A DNA stretch of 64,000 nucleotides from assembly GCA_951406725.2 (NCBI GenBank), contig OX597829.1, positions 54,808,001-54,872,000 on the forward strand, read 5' to 3'. This DNA is from Octopus vulgaris (Eukaryota). Of this stretch, positions 13,336-29,714 are shown in pieces. Below the pieces are notes generated by a model. It worked only from the letters and a program-made list of their open reading frames with translations. It was not told the origin of the DNA and did not search any database. The position numbers and the translations under genes are program-made. Every line of letters starts with the position of its first letter. Positions within the stretch are counted from its first letter, which is position 1.

Positions 13336-14954
13336 ATATATTTTTTATTTTGATAGGACTCCTATCAATTTAGATCAGATGGAAACGTTTATCAAAGATA
13401 ACCTTTAGTCTGTGATAGTAATCCTTAAAATAAGTAGATTCAAGCCCATTGTTAGAGTCTTTGTAGATGAATGTTTGTTTTGGGATCAGTTCAAATGTCC
13501 GTGTGTCAGAGCTGTTTGGCATCACGTTTGATCTGATATGGTTATCTTCTCTAAGTGATGTCTCTTAAATCTCTGTTATGTGAATCATCTTGAATCATTT
13601 TGCTTGATAAGTGAGGCTCTGCTTTTTTTCTTGATGTCATCTCTTTCGTGATGGCTGGCACCTCAGAAATCGAGATGCTGCACAATAAAATGAAGAGTTG
13701 ATGTTTACTTACGTACAATATTAGGCTTGGACTCATCTATGGATACAAACAGGGATGAAATGTTGATCAAACTACTGAAACTCAGAAACAGGTTTAAAAG
13801 CAAAATGTTTTTAAGAGGTTGGGTGAAGGCTTTTGTGGTTTGTCTTTTATCTGATTAAAAAAAAAAAAAAAAGCAAAGAATTTTTTCCCATTTCTTTCAT
13901 CTTTATTTGTTCCAGTCACTGAACTGCAGCCATGCTATACAGGTCTGCCTTGAAGGGTTTTAGTCAAACACATGGATTCCAGAACTTGTTTTTAAGTCTG
14001 GCACTTTTTTTGTTGTTTTCTTTTGCTGAACCACTAAGTTATGGGGACGTAAACAAACCAACACTGATGTCAAGTAGTGATGAGGAACAAACACAAACAA
14101 ACAAACAAAAACACAGAGACACACATGACAGTCTTCTTCCAGTTTCCATCTTTCAAATCCACTCACACAGCTTAAGCCAGGCCAAAGCTTTAGTAGAAAA
14201 CTCTTGCCCATCTTTGAAAAGTACCATTGTATCTTTTCTGCTAATAAAGCAATGAGTAAATGTGGTTATTCTTTCAGAGTAACAATTTCCAAAAGTTGAT
14301 GACATTGACTAAACTTGTAGCTATGTTGTAAGTTGATTACTGACACCATAGTTTTGCTTAGGATGGCACCAACAATTAATAGAATATCTCTTTTGATATT
14401 CTATAGAAAAATAATTGGAAGTTAAGTAAAACAGTGTTAAGAGATTAGCCTTTTAGCATTCAGCTTTCTCTATCAAACATGAGGATTATTTGCCAGTGCC
14501 CCCTGACTGGCTCCTGTGCCGGTGGCACATAAAAAACACTACCCAAACGTGAATGATGCCAAGCCCACCTGACCAGTTCCTAAAGTACTGGGGTCAATGT
14601 AATTGACTATACTCACCCCACAAATTTCAGGCCTTGTCCCTATAATAGAAAAGATTATTTGTAGAACTTTCACTTGTCACCGCTTCTCCATTTAACACAG
14701 AAAATGTGTATGTGTAATATGATTATATACAGAGAGATATGATGTGCGATGATATTATTATTTAGCTTCATCAGAGCAATGCTAATAACTTGGTATTAGT
14801 GCATTGCATCTTATGGCAGAAACAGCTGTAAGCTAATTAAATTTATGACATAATTTCTTATTCCCTTGTCATTTAATTTCTTTTATATATATCTGAACTT
14901 TTTGAGGTCATCAAATATTTTATCTTATTTTTTTTTTTTATTGTATTTTACTAG

Positions 14955-15022
14955 GATTTAAAGGAGCCGTTTTAAATGGATCTCGATGGATGCATTCAAG
15001 TCAGGAACCAAACAAAGTCAAG
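14955..15022 (+). CDS. pepM: PEP mutase N-terminal coding exon, (G)FKGAVLNGSRWMHSSQEPNKVK
   Basis: Poly-T tract and TAG acceptor, AAG|GTGAGC donor in phase 0. It joins the next exon as KVK|KTTQLKQM, matching the Mytilus PEP mutase N-terminus as recalled ([14 protein letters not shown]). In-frame ATG at 14990, but the frame is open from the acceptor. Confidence 0.8.
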
Positions 15023-15080
15023 GTGAGCTATCAAAAGAAAAGAACATAAATTGTAATGACCGTCCAGCTATACCATCCCA

Positions 15081-15125
<45 letters not shown>

Positions 15126-15751
15126 CTGTCTCGTGTGTGTGTGTGTGTGCCAGAGAAGCAGTCATGTGTATCTTTAAAGTTCTTGAACCAGTTCCTGCAA
15201 TTCTTCATGTGAATAAGTTGGTGAGTCATTGTTGTTGGCATGATTGGACAAGAAACAGTAACATTCAGCACACACACACACATTTATTTATTTCTACTAC
15301 TACTACTACTATCACCTTCACTATCACCATTAGTACTGTGACATGTGTGCTGTTGGTCAGGCTTTGTGATGAAACACTGGACAGATTGTAGTGTCCACTA
15401 TTGAAACTAGAATTGTTAAGTGGTATTCTGTGGAGCCTGTCTATAATGTATGTAAACAGGCAAACAGGTTGGTAGGCATTTAGATCCTTGAATAACAGAA
15501 ATGTTCATTAAGATCACCTCCCACTGAAAGGGTCCAGTGATAATCTCACCATCTGTGTAGTCTGCAGTTGCATTGCAATTTCAAAAGCTCACCTTGTCAT
15601 CCATAAAAGGTCACATGTCAGAGGACCGACACAAAATGCTTGAACAAAGATGGCACACGGGTTGACTGTTTGCTTTGTCCTCACCACACCCTCACCACAT
15701 TTGTTGACTGTAAGATTGCATTGAGTGAACATCTCTCGCCTTTTCTGCAAG

Positions 15752-16285
15752 ATGATGTACTCAATAGTAGAAAGATTGAAGATTGTGGAAACATATTTGA
15801 GAATTCATTCTGTTAAGCAAGTGTGTAAAATTTTTGAAGTCAAGTTTGTAGGTAAAGGCTTACCAGCAAAGAGAACGATAAAAATGTTGGTCAAGAAGTG
15901 ACTTGTTACAGGGCCAGTGCACAGCACCCCAAAACAAAGAGACCCGACACCTCAAATGCCACAAGTTATTCAAGATATCAGCCAAAGGATTACTCAAAGT
16001 TCAAAGACGTCAACATGTTAATTGGCACAGCAGTCTCACATAAGCAAGAGGTCATGCCAATGGGTATAAAGTTGTAGCCATATCATTTCATATGTGTGCA
16101 ACAATTAAAAGTGAATGACAAGAGCAAACTACACTGGGTTTTTGAATAGCACGTACAAGGAAATGAAATAACAAAATGACACTTGCAAACAAAGGGTTAG
16201 GTGCTTTCTCGTGTAAATGTATTTCTGTATTCATACTATACTATGGAACCGAGGCTATTTGGCTATTTTTGTGTGTGCCACCCTG
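15752..16285 (+). mobile_element. Tc1/Tc3-like transposon relic with N-terminal HTH
   Basis: MMYSIVERLKIVETYLRIHSVKQVCKIFEVKFVGKGLPAKRTIKMLVKK*LVTGPV. The right end GTGTGCCACCCTG resembles a CAGGGTG TIR. Confidence 0.6.
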
Positions 16286-16290
16286 AATAT

Positions 16291-16325
<35 letters not shown>

Positions 16326-16372
16326 CATATACATAAATGTATGTGTATTTTTTCAATGTTTACAAATAACAT

Positions 16373-16996
16373 AGAAGAAATAAATAAATAGTTACCAAGG
16401 TAGCAAAAATTCACACAAGTACCAAGAATGTAACAGCCTATTTATAAAGGTAGAAACTCCAGGTTTAGGTGAAATGTTTTTGTATAATATAGATAAATAA
16501 ATAAATGGAGTTAAACACAAGTGTTATTCAAATCTTTTTATTTCCGACATATGTTTCGAAGAAAACATTGGTATTATTCCAGAAGGAATAAAATGGTGTA
16601 AAACAATGCAAACTTCTCATCAAGGAAAAAAAGAAACCAAATACATCAATAAGTCTTTAACATTCTCAATGTTAAAATGTCTTATTGATGTGTTTGATTT
16701 CTTTTTTCACTGATGAGAAGTTTGCATTCTTTTACACCATTTTGAATACAGTTCTATATTTAAGAGATGAGGAATTATGTACATTATTTACATATATTGA
16801 CAAATATCTGTCAAAAGTAAATAATGTACCATTTTGAATGTTAAAATGTCTTACTGATGTGTTTAGTTTCTTTTTTTTCTCTGATGAGAAGATTGCATTA
16901 TTTTACACCATTTTAATGGTGTAAAATAATACCAATGTTTTTTTCGAAACATGTGTCGGAAGTAAAAAGACTTGAATAACACCTGCGTTTAATTCC

Positions 16997-17002
<6 letters not shown>
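16373..17002. mobile_element. Fold-back Penelope-like non-autonomous element between (TA)n tracts
   Basis: 16501-16660 is an inverted match to about 16845-17002. It contains a hammerhead motif and a nested short copy (16747-16830) of the 44.1-kb element. Confidence 0.65.
16876..16962 (+). ncRNA. Type I hammerhead ribozyme-like motif with long stem II
   Basis: TTTCT-CTGATGA-GAAGA...TTTTC-GAAAC-ATGT-GTC-GGAAG, with a palindromic ACATGT in stem III. Confidence 0.65.
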
Positions 17003-17032
<30 letters not shown>

Positions 17033-17579
17033 TTAAGGGTAAAGACTCTCTTTGCTCATAAATGACCATAGGATTGCACCTAGAAAGTTTCCCTACAAAA
17101 CCCAAGTCTGGACAAGGTTGTTTGTGAAAGACCATGCATACCAGACCAGCCTCCCCTCTCCATGCCACCAATGTTATACATGGGAAAGGCAAAGGCAGAT
17201 ACAGCTTGGCACCAGTGACAGTTCAAGTAATTTCTACAGCTGAGTGTGTGTGTGTGTGAAGACATGTAGCTATGTAGCTTAGCGGTTAGGCTATTTGGTT
17301 CACAATCATAAGGACAATCAGCGGCATGTTGTGTCCTCAAGCAAGACACTTTATTTCATGTTGCTCCAGTCCACTCAACTGATAAAAATGAGTTGTACCT
17401 GTATTTCAAAGGGAATACAAGTACAACGATGTGTCACGATGTATCTCCCTGAAAAGTATTGAAGGGGTACACATGTCTGTGGAGTGCTCAGCCACTTGCA
17501 TGTTAATCTCATGGACAAGCTGTTCTGTTGATCAGATCAACCAGGACCCTCATCATCATCGTAAGTGATGGAGCGCCAG

Positions 17580-17621
<42 letters not shown>

Positions 17622-17948
17622 ATGAGAATGTGCATCTGTCTGTGTGAAGCCCTAAAGATCGAGAACTACACAACCAATTTCATTCAAACTTTACACATAC
17701 CTTACTTAGGGTCCATGTAGTCTCATGGGCCAAAAATATTTTCCAAAAAACTTCTTGCCTAATGCATGTCCAGAGCAATCTCTTATCTTCTCCACTATTT
17801 CAGTATTACACGTCAATAGTGAAACAATAACATCTTTCTATTGTAATGTCAGATACTTTCACTTTAATACTGAAACTATTAAAGTGAAACTATTATCTCA
17901 CATATATACAGGCATACATACATACATATGAGTGTGTGTGTGTGTGTG

Positions 17949-17983
<35 letters not shown>

Positions 17984-18286
17984 GAATCTCTAATGAGTGG
18001 ATTTCCTAGACAGAAACTGAAAGAAATCAATCGTATGTATATATGTAAGTGCATGTGTGTGTCTTTGTGTAAGTGTTTCTCCCTCATCACTGCTTGACAA
18101 CTGCTCTTGGTTTATTTACATCCCCATAACTTACTGGTTTCACAAGTAGAGACTGATAGAATAAGTACCAGGCTTATCAAAATAAAAAAAAAAGCACTGT
18201 GGTTGATTCATTCAACAAAGAATTCTTCAAGGCAGTGTCTCATATTTTTGTTTGCTCACTCAATTGTATCTATCAATCTATCTTTC

Positions 18287-18330
<44 letters not shown>

Positions 18331-18332
<2 letters not shown>

Positions 18333-18495
18333 TGCAGGAGTGGCTGTGTGGTAAGTAGCTTGCTTACCAACTACATGGTTCCGGGTTCAGTCCCACTGCG
18401 TGGCATCTTGGGCAAGTGTCTTCTGCTATAACTTCGGGCTGACCAATGCCTTGTGAGTGGATTTGATTGACGGAAACTGAAAGAAACCTGTCGTA

Positions 18496-18547
<52 letters not shown>

Positions 18548-18753
18548 TGTGTGTTTGTCCCCCTAGCATTGCTTGACAACCGATGCTGGTGTGTTTACGT
18601 CCCCGTCACTTAGCGGTTCAGCAAAAGAGACTGATAGAATAAGTTCTGGGCTTACAAAGAATAAGTTCTGGGGTTGATTTGCTCGACTAAAGGCGGTGCT
18701 CCAGCATGGCCGCAGTCAAATGACTGAAACAAGTAAAAGAGAGTAAAGAGAGT
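18331..18753 (+). mobile_element. tRNA-derived SINE, family B, with an internal (TA)n/(TG)n tract
   Basis: TGGCTGTGTGGTAAG and GGGTTCAGTCCC boxes, CORE-like CTTGGGCAAGTGTCTT and an AGTAAAAG tail. Other copies at 34224-34630, 38640-38927, 46840-47190 and 13885-14210(-). Confidence 0.85.
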
Positions 18754-18764
18754 ATATATATATA

Positions 18765-18805
<41 letters not shown>

Positions 18806-18833
18806 GACATGTATGTATATGTGTATATATATA

Positions 18834-20517
18834 TCTATTATATAAAAGCCAATGTCTTTATGTGTGTTCGTGTGTTACTTATAGATTCGAAAACTACTGC
18901 ACCGATCCTAATGAAGAAGGGTAATGTTGTATGTTTCATACAATTTCATGGACTAAAATTACTGAATGAATCCTTATGATATTTGGAACTTAGATTCAAT
19001 GCATAAAGGTGGATATAATACAATATGTTTGGTTTGAGTTTTAGGTGGCTTAAAGGGGGCAGAACCCCCCATGAAAATTCATAAATTTTCAATGTTGATG
19101 AAATTTCAACCATAGGTAATTGACACACATCAAGAAGTATTCCCAAAGTTTCCACTTCTCATGAGGATTCTAAGTCCCCTAATTGGAGGCCTTAACCCCC
19201 AAATTTTAGTAATTTTTTATGATCCAAAACTAGGTCAAAAGTACTGAATGGATCTTTATGAAATTTGGAAATTATATTCCATGCATAAGGACAGATGTAA
19301 TGCAGTATATGTCTAAAAGTGAGGGGGCATAAATTAGGCAATAACCCCCATGAAAATTCATTTTTGCCGTTAATGAAATTTTAACCATAGATATTAGACA
19401 CAAATGAAGTAATATTTCTAAAATTTCAACTTATTAGGGGACTTAATCCCTACAATTTAGTCATTTTTCCTAAGATAAGTGCAATTGTACTCTTGGAAGC
19501 TGTAGGGTCACCCGAGTATACAAATTGAGTGTTATTTGTAATTCAATGGTACAACACTGTAAGAGTTTGCTTTGAGATATACAAAGATTGTGATTCCTGC
19601 AATGTGGTGCATGAATTGTCAAGTAAAGGAGAGGCATCTTTGCCTCCACTGATTCAATTGCAAAGTGTTATTTTGAGTAAAGTTATTTAGCTGCAAACAT
19701 CATTTCAATCTTTTTATTATCAATGGGTAAGTCATAGACCCCAGATGGTAACATTGATTTCAAGGTCTTCCCAGATAAGTGACTGGTCATTCAAAGAGAT
19801 TTATAGATTGCAAATTTATTCTGTCTGGTTACCTATCGGCCTAGTGATCATTGGCAAACTCCAGAGGGGACATTTTCATTTCCCCTTAGCCCTTACATCA
19901 CACAGTTGTTAATGTTTATTTCATTTGGGTCATGCCCTTCCAATTGCTATAGATCCATAATGCATCTTACGGCTGTGCCTATCTCCTGCATAGTGAGGAA
20001 TCCTATATTGGGGAGTGGTATGGTAGCTGACTGCTTTTTGTGATCATTCATATTTTGGTTTCCTATAGCTTTGCTCTCTTTTACAAACCCAGTGAACATT
20101 CATATATTTCCAATTTCAAAGAACAATAGATATAAGACCCAAGTTAAAAAAGATTCCCAACAATTCAACTTCTCTGGTTGACATTAAGACGCCTCCCCCT
20201 CCACACACACAATAGGGGCCTTAAACCCCACATTTTAGAGCTCCATGTGCTCCATTTTTCAGGAGCAAAAACCTTTCAATAAGTTTCATAAGATTTCGAT
20301 TTTGGATCTGGGCATAAAGATGAGTAGTATGGGATAAATATGTCATCATTAGAATTTTTGTTAGAGAGTGTAAAGAAAGAACCCTCGCTAAAATTCTTAA
20401 TCTGCAATTTTGATGAAATTTGAATCATAGCTATTCCAGTTCATTACAGAAAATATGTAGGAAAAGCCTAATTCTTCAACTCCATGTGACACGGGCAAAG
20501 CCAGGTATCTCTGCTAG
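18834..20517 (+). mobile_element. Non-autonomous Helitron, about 1.7 kb
   Basis: 5' A|TCTATTATATAAAAG start. The 3' end has a hairpin relic CGGGCAAAGCCAGG followed by CTAG|T. An internal about 290-bp degenerate tandem duplication spans 18945-19460. Confidence 0.7.
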
Positions 20518-20554
20518 TATATATATATATGTGTGTGTGTGTATGTGTGTACAT

Positions 20555-21418
20555 TTTCTGATCAATAAGTATTTAGTTTGTTGCCATAGTAATGAAGCTA
20601 AAGCACGCAGAGTGAAGCCGGTTGGCACAGATGGACCTTGAACTCTGCTATGTTTTAATGTTCTAGCTCACTTTTGCTGTTTACAGCAGTGCTTGGAAGA
20701 AAGGTGTGTAGTGTGATCATTGCATTGACCATGACAGAGAAAGTTGAGCAGAGAATCTGCATCAAATTTTGCCAAAAGCTTGGTGAAACCTGCTCAGAGG
20801 CCTACACAAAGTTTTCAAAGAGTTTCCATCATTCTTGACATAATCAAGATCTTGTGGAACTGGAACTTAAGTGTCTTTTTGGTCAGCTGAAACCAGGTTT
20901 GGCGCAAACTTGGCAGACAAGTGTCTCATACCCAAATCTTCAGTGATGGTGGACTGGACTGAACTGAACCATAACTAATTTGCACATCCTCCAATAACTC
21001 ATGGATGGTAATTCGATGATTTCCCCTCACAGCTGCACGCACATCTGTGATGTTTTCCTCATTTCTGCTGGTTGCGGGTCTCCCAGAATTTTTGCCAATA
21101 TTTGACATTTTTCAGTCATCTAAGAAACATATGAACCACTTGTACACTTGTGTGTGGCTCATACACTTTCTGCAACTTTTCATAGGCCTCTGAGCAGGTA
21201 TTGCCATGACCACTTTCTCTGCCATGGCCAATGTGATGATCACACACTACACACCTTCCTTCCAAGCACTGCCGTAAACAGCGGAAGTGAGCTAGAAAGT
21301 TAAAACTTAGTGTGCATGCACAACAGAACTCAAGGTCAATCTGTGCCAAGCAGCTTCACTCCCTGTGCTTTATCTTTGTTACTATGGCCACAAACTAAAT
21401 ACTTATTGATCAAACCTC
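20555..21418. mobile_element. Fold-back mariner derivative
   Basis: About 250-bp imperfect inverted arms. MTEKVEQRICIKFCQKLGETCSEAY starts at 20731(+), and SGRPATSRNEENITDVRAAVRGNHRITIHEL lies on the minus strand. No DDD domain. Confidence 0.8.
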
Positions 21419-21424
21419 ACACAC

Positions 21425-22700
<1,276 letters not shown>

Positions 22701-22702
<2 letters not shown>

Positions 22703-23441
22703 ACAACAACGTAAGCTGGGCCACTCATATAAACACCAAAGTTGACATGGCCCGCAGAATGTGTTCCTGGATTCTCAGAACTTTCCAGTCGAGAGATATC
22801 CACACCATTATCCTTCTCTTCTCCACTTTTGCCCGACCCCACCTTGAATACTGTTGTCCACTGTGGTCTCCCCACACAATACAAGGTATCAAAAAGTCGA
22901 AGCACCTCAAAGGGCAATCACAAAAAAGATAGATGGCATGACAGGCCTCGACTATTGGGGTCGACTAGAAAAGCTAAAACTCTATTCTCTCCAACGTCGT
23001 CGTGAGCGCTACATCATCTGCATGATGTGGAAAATATTCCATCAGCATTGCCCAAATGATGTTGGCATCACCTTTAAGGTACATCCAAGGCTTGGGCCCC
23101 GTGCCATCCGCCCAAAACAAAAATCGCACTCTCATCTCATAACAACAATACGGCACAATTATTTCACCTCAATTGGCCCCGCTCTCTTTAACATTACACC
23201 AAAACACATTAAAACAGAAACTGACCCTATAGGGTTCAAGAAGTCTTTGGACAGATTCCTTCAAGAAATCCAGGATAAACCCCCTACACCCGGATATGTC
23301 TCTGTAAACAATAACTCTCTACTTGAGTGGGCCATAGTGCCCAAATTCTGACTTGAAAGACTTCACCAGGTGGTGCTATTAAGTTAGACATGGCCTGGGC
23401 CAATAATGGCCGAAACCTATCAAAGTATCAAAGTATCAAAG
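22701..23441 (+). mobile_element. Direct 3' segment of the same LINE (RT thumb and C-terminus, 3' UTR, (TATCAAAG)3 tail)
   Basis: RPHLEYCCPLWSP and YWGRLEKLKLYSLQRRRERY, with a stop at 23349-23351. One frameshift lies in the A-run near 22891. Confidence 0.95.
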
Positions 23442-26173
<2,732 letters not shown>

Positions 26174-26186
26174 ATTATATAGAAGG

Positions 26187-26237
26187 AGCTTCTACAGGAC
26201 TAGTACTGTTTCATTCAAGAGAAATCTTCAGGAAGCT
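26187..26237 (-). ncRNA. Type I hammerhead ribozyme, left-arm copy
   Basis: Exact reverse complement of 27951-28001. Confidence 0.75.
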
Positions 26238-26616
26238 ATTTAACAAGAATTGTATTAGCATTTATACATTTAGGCAGGTTTAAAGGAGTGGTGGTGGGGG
26301 ACTTTTTGGGGGTAGGCATAGCGCAAAATATCATACTTGGGGGAGTGGTCAAGGAGTCAGTGGTAAGTTAGATGAAAGAATAGATAAATAAAAAAATAAA
26401 AAAATAAAAAATAAAAAAATAAGAAAATAAAAAAATAAAAAAATAAAAAATATAAAAAATATATATAAAAAAATATATATATAAAATATATATATAAAAA
26501 AATATATATATAAAAAAAGGGGGGATAGAGTTATAGGTAAATAAGGAGATTCTCACTTATACCTATACACACATGTATACGTATCTACACACACATACAT
26601 ACATACACATATATAT

Positions 26617-26669
<53 letters not shown>

Positions 26670-27549
26670 CATATGTACACACATACATACATATCTACAT
26701 ACACACATACATACACCCGCCCACATATACAAATTTATACACATGCACATGCCTATACCTGTCTACACATACACACACGTATATATGCATACACTCACTC
26801 CCATGCATGCACGCATACACACATGTATATATATATATATATATATACCCACGACTACACATACATATATACACATAAAAATATATATTCATACGCACAT
26901 ACACTCATGCACACACAACACACCTAGTTCCCTATATACACATATTTACACCTATATATACATACACCCACATACACCTATGTACACATATATATATATA
27001 AACATATACACGCATACAAATATATACATGTGTGCACATACATACATACACACATATATACATACACATACACATACACATGTGTACCTATACATACCTA
27101 CACATACACACATACATACATACAAATATACATATACATATATATATATACAATCCAATACAGGCCCATTCCCTAATTTTAATTTTATTATCTTCATTTA
27201 TTACTTTTGTTATCTTTGATCGCTAGGGCTAAGAATCCTGGCAATGGCTGCATGTCCATTTGTCTGTCTACTAGAAGGCAAGTACTCATTCCCGCACGCA
27301 CACTCATTAGCACGTACATTCACCCATTCGTACACTCATACACATACACGTACGCACGCGTTATATTCATACATACAAACATCTACATACGTTCACGTAT
27401 ATACACATACGTACTCGTACCTACAGATTCGTGTCTACACTTTAGGAGGCTAGTCTATACATATACACCAATAAATATACATATATATATATATATACCC
27501 GCATATACATACACACACCCACATATATACTCCTACATACAGATACATA

Positions 27550-27597
<48 letters not shown>

Positions 27598-27950
27598 CAT
27601 ACACATACACACATACATATACACACACATACATACACATATATATACATACACAAACATATATACACACATATATATATACATACACACATACACACAC
27701 ATACATACGCATACATACATACATACATCCATACATCCATACTTACATGCATTTATACGCATACATTATTTTTTTATTTTTTATTTTTTTATTTTTTTAT
27801 TTATCTATTCTTTCATCTAACTTACCACTGACTCCTTGACCACTCCCCCAAGTATGATATTTTGCGCTATGCCTACCCCCAAAAAGTCCCCCACCACCAC
27901 TCCTTTAAACCTGCCTAAATGTATAAATGCTAATACAATTCTTGTTAAAT

Positions 27951-28001
27951 AGCTTCCTGAAGATTTCTCTTGAATGAAACAGTACTAGTCCTGTAGAAGC
28001 T
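27951..28001 (+). ncRNA. Type I hammerhead ribozyme
   Basis: Stem I AGCTTC/GAAGCT, core CTGAAGA, stem II TTC-TCTT-GAA, GAAA, stem III ACAG/CTGT and a GUA triplet, with the predicted cut after 27995. Confidence 0.8.
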
Positions 28002-28112
28002 CCTTCTATATAATAAATTAATTTTACTCTGCTATGTATTGAGTACCTTACTTACTGTGGTTAACCCCGAATCAACCCGGGACCTACATATATATATATA
28101 TATATACATATA

Positions 28113-28203
<91 letters not shown>

Positions 28204-28216
28204 GTATATATATATG

Positions 28217-28284
<68 letters not shown>

Positions 28285-29714
28285 CAATGACACCAGTAAA
28301 AGCACTGGTGTTCTTTATGTCCTAAGCTGTGATCGTCACTCATTTACTGCTTGGGTAAAAAAATCAATAATTTTGGACAAATGCACAAGGGTGTAGCTAC
28401 TGTTGGTTTGGTTCTTGACCAAATTATATGCTTCATTATTTTTTATCTTCCATCTTTTTCTTGTTTCAATCGTTGGACTGTGGCTGGAGTGCTGCCTTGA
28501 ACAAATCAACTCCAGTACTTAGTATGGTACATATTCTATTTATCAGTCTCTTTTGCCAAACTGCTAAGTTAAAGAGGCATAAACAAACACTGGTTGTCAA
28601 ATGGTGGTGTGGACAGGCTTACATGCATGCACAGAATGCACACACAAATACACACACATGCACGCCTGCACACAAACACACACACACACACCATTACCAT
28701 CATCAACATCTTATCTTGCATTTACGTATGGGACTCTCTTAAGTTACAATTATGTTAGTAAAACAATCCTAAAGGTGCTGATGCTATAGATATAAGATAA
28801 TCTCCCCAAATAACATAATCTATTAATCCACTTGAACTTAGTCATTGTTTTATGAATATACACAATGTATCACAAAGAAAATATATTTAGTGAAAGCCAC
28901 TCAAGTGCTTGACCTCAACCATTGAATAGCATGGCATCTGCACTTGGTTGTTCTCTTTGTTTTTCTTATGGCAATGAGATTTTATTTGTGAAGTTTAATT
29001 CTTAGGCTGCTGAGTGCAAGGCAAGGATTCCAAATCTCAACCCTTTTGTTAGCATATTTCTGTTGAAATATGCTGCTTTTGTTTTAATTAATTTTGAAAA
29101 TAACAAACAATTTAGTAAAATAACTTTGTCATTTTTAAACTACTGTTTGTAACATAAATTAACATAAATTAACATGAAATTTTGATGAAAGATTTTAGGT
29201 TGGTTTGCTGTAAAGCAGAAAGATTATATAATAGAACTAGTAGCAGTTTCAGACAGGTTGGTATGAAAAGGATTAAATCAGTAAATATTTGTTCTGTGCC
29301 TTTAGCGCATTTGCCCTACTTACCTTTTTGACTACTTAACTGTATTGATAGATTACATTTTACCTGCCCTAGTGATCTAATCTCTCAACTTTGTTTGTAA
29401 ATCACATGACTGCTTGCCAACCTACCTTGTAACTGGTTGACTATCTTAGCATCTACTTCAGTCAAGTGGAAGGATATTCACTAATAAAAATAGTTATTCT
29501 AAAAATTAGTAAATAGGTAAAGTTAAAAAGCCATGACTCATAAAATAGCTTGGGAAAATGGCTATACTGTTCGTTTTTAGTATTTGTGTAAATTGCAAAA
29601 TTTGATGGGTTGGATTAGTTGATAGTATTGGTCTATGTACTTGTTTTGTACTTGATACTTAAAAGATGAATGGTCCAGTTGACCTTGGCTAGAATAAATA
29701 CTGCATGACATTTT

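Larger units (their letters stand above)
26171..28088. mobile_element. Young fold-back Penelope-like element with perfect 252-bp inverted arms
   Basis: 26171-26422 is the reverse complement of 27766-28017. The right arm extends about 70 bp further. The interior is CA/TA-rich and non-coding, with (TA)n on both sides. Confidence 0.75.

Noticed and set aside
13345-13860. Possible minus-strand coding relic
   Set aside because: Frames are interrupted and no diagnostic motif could be identified.
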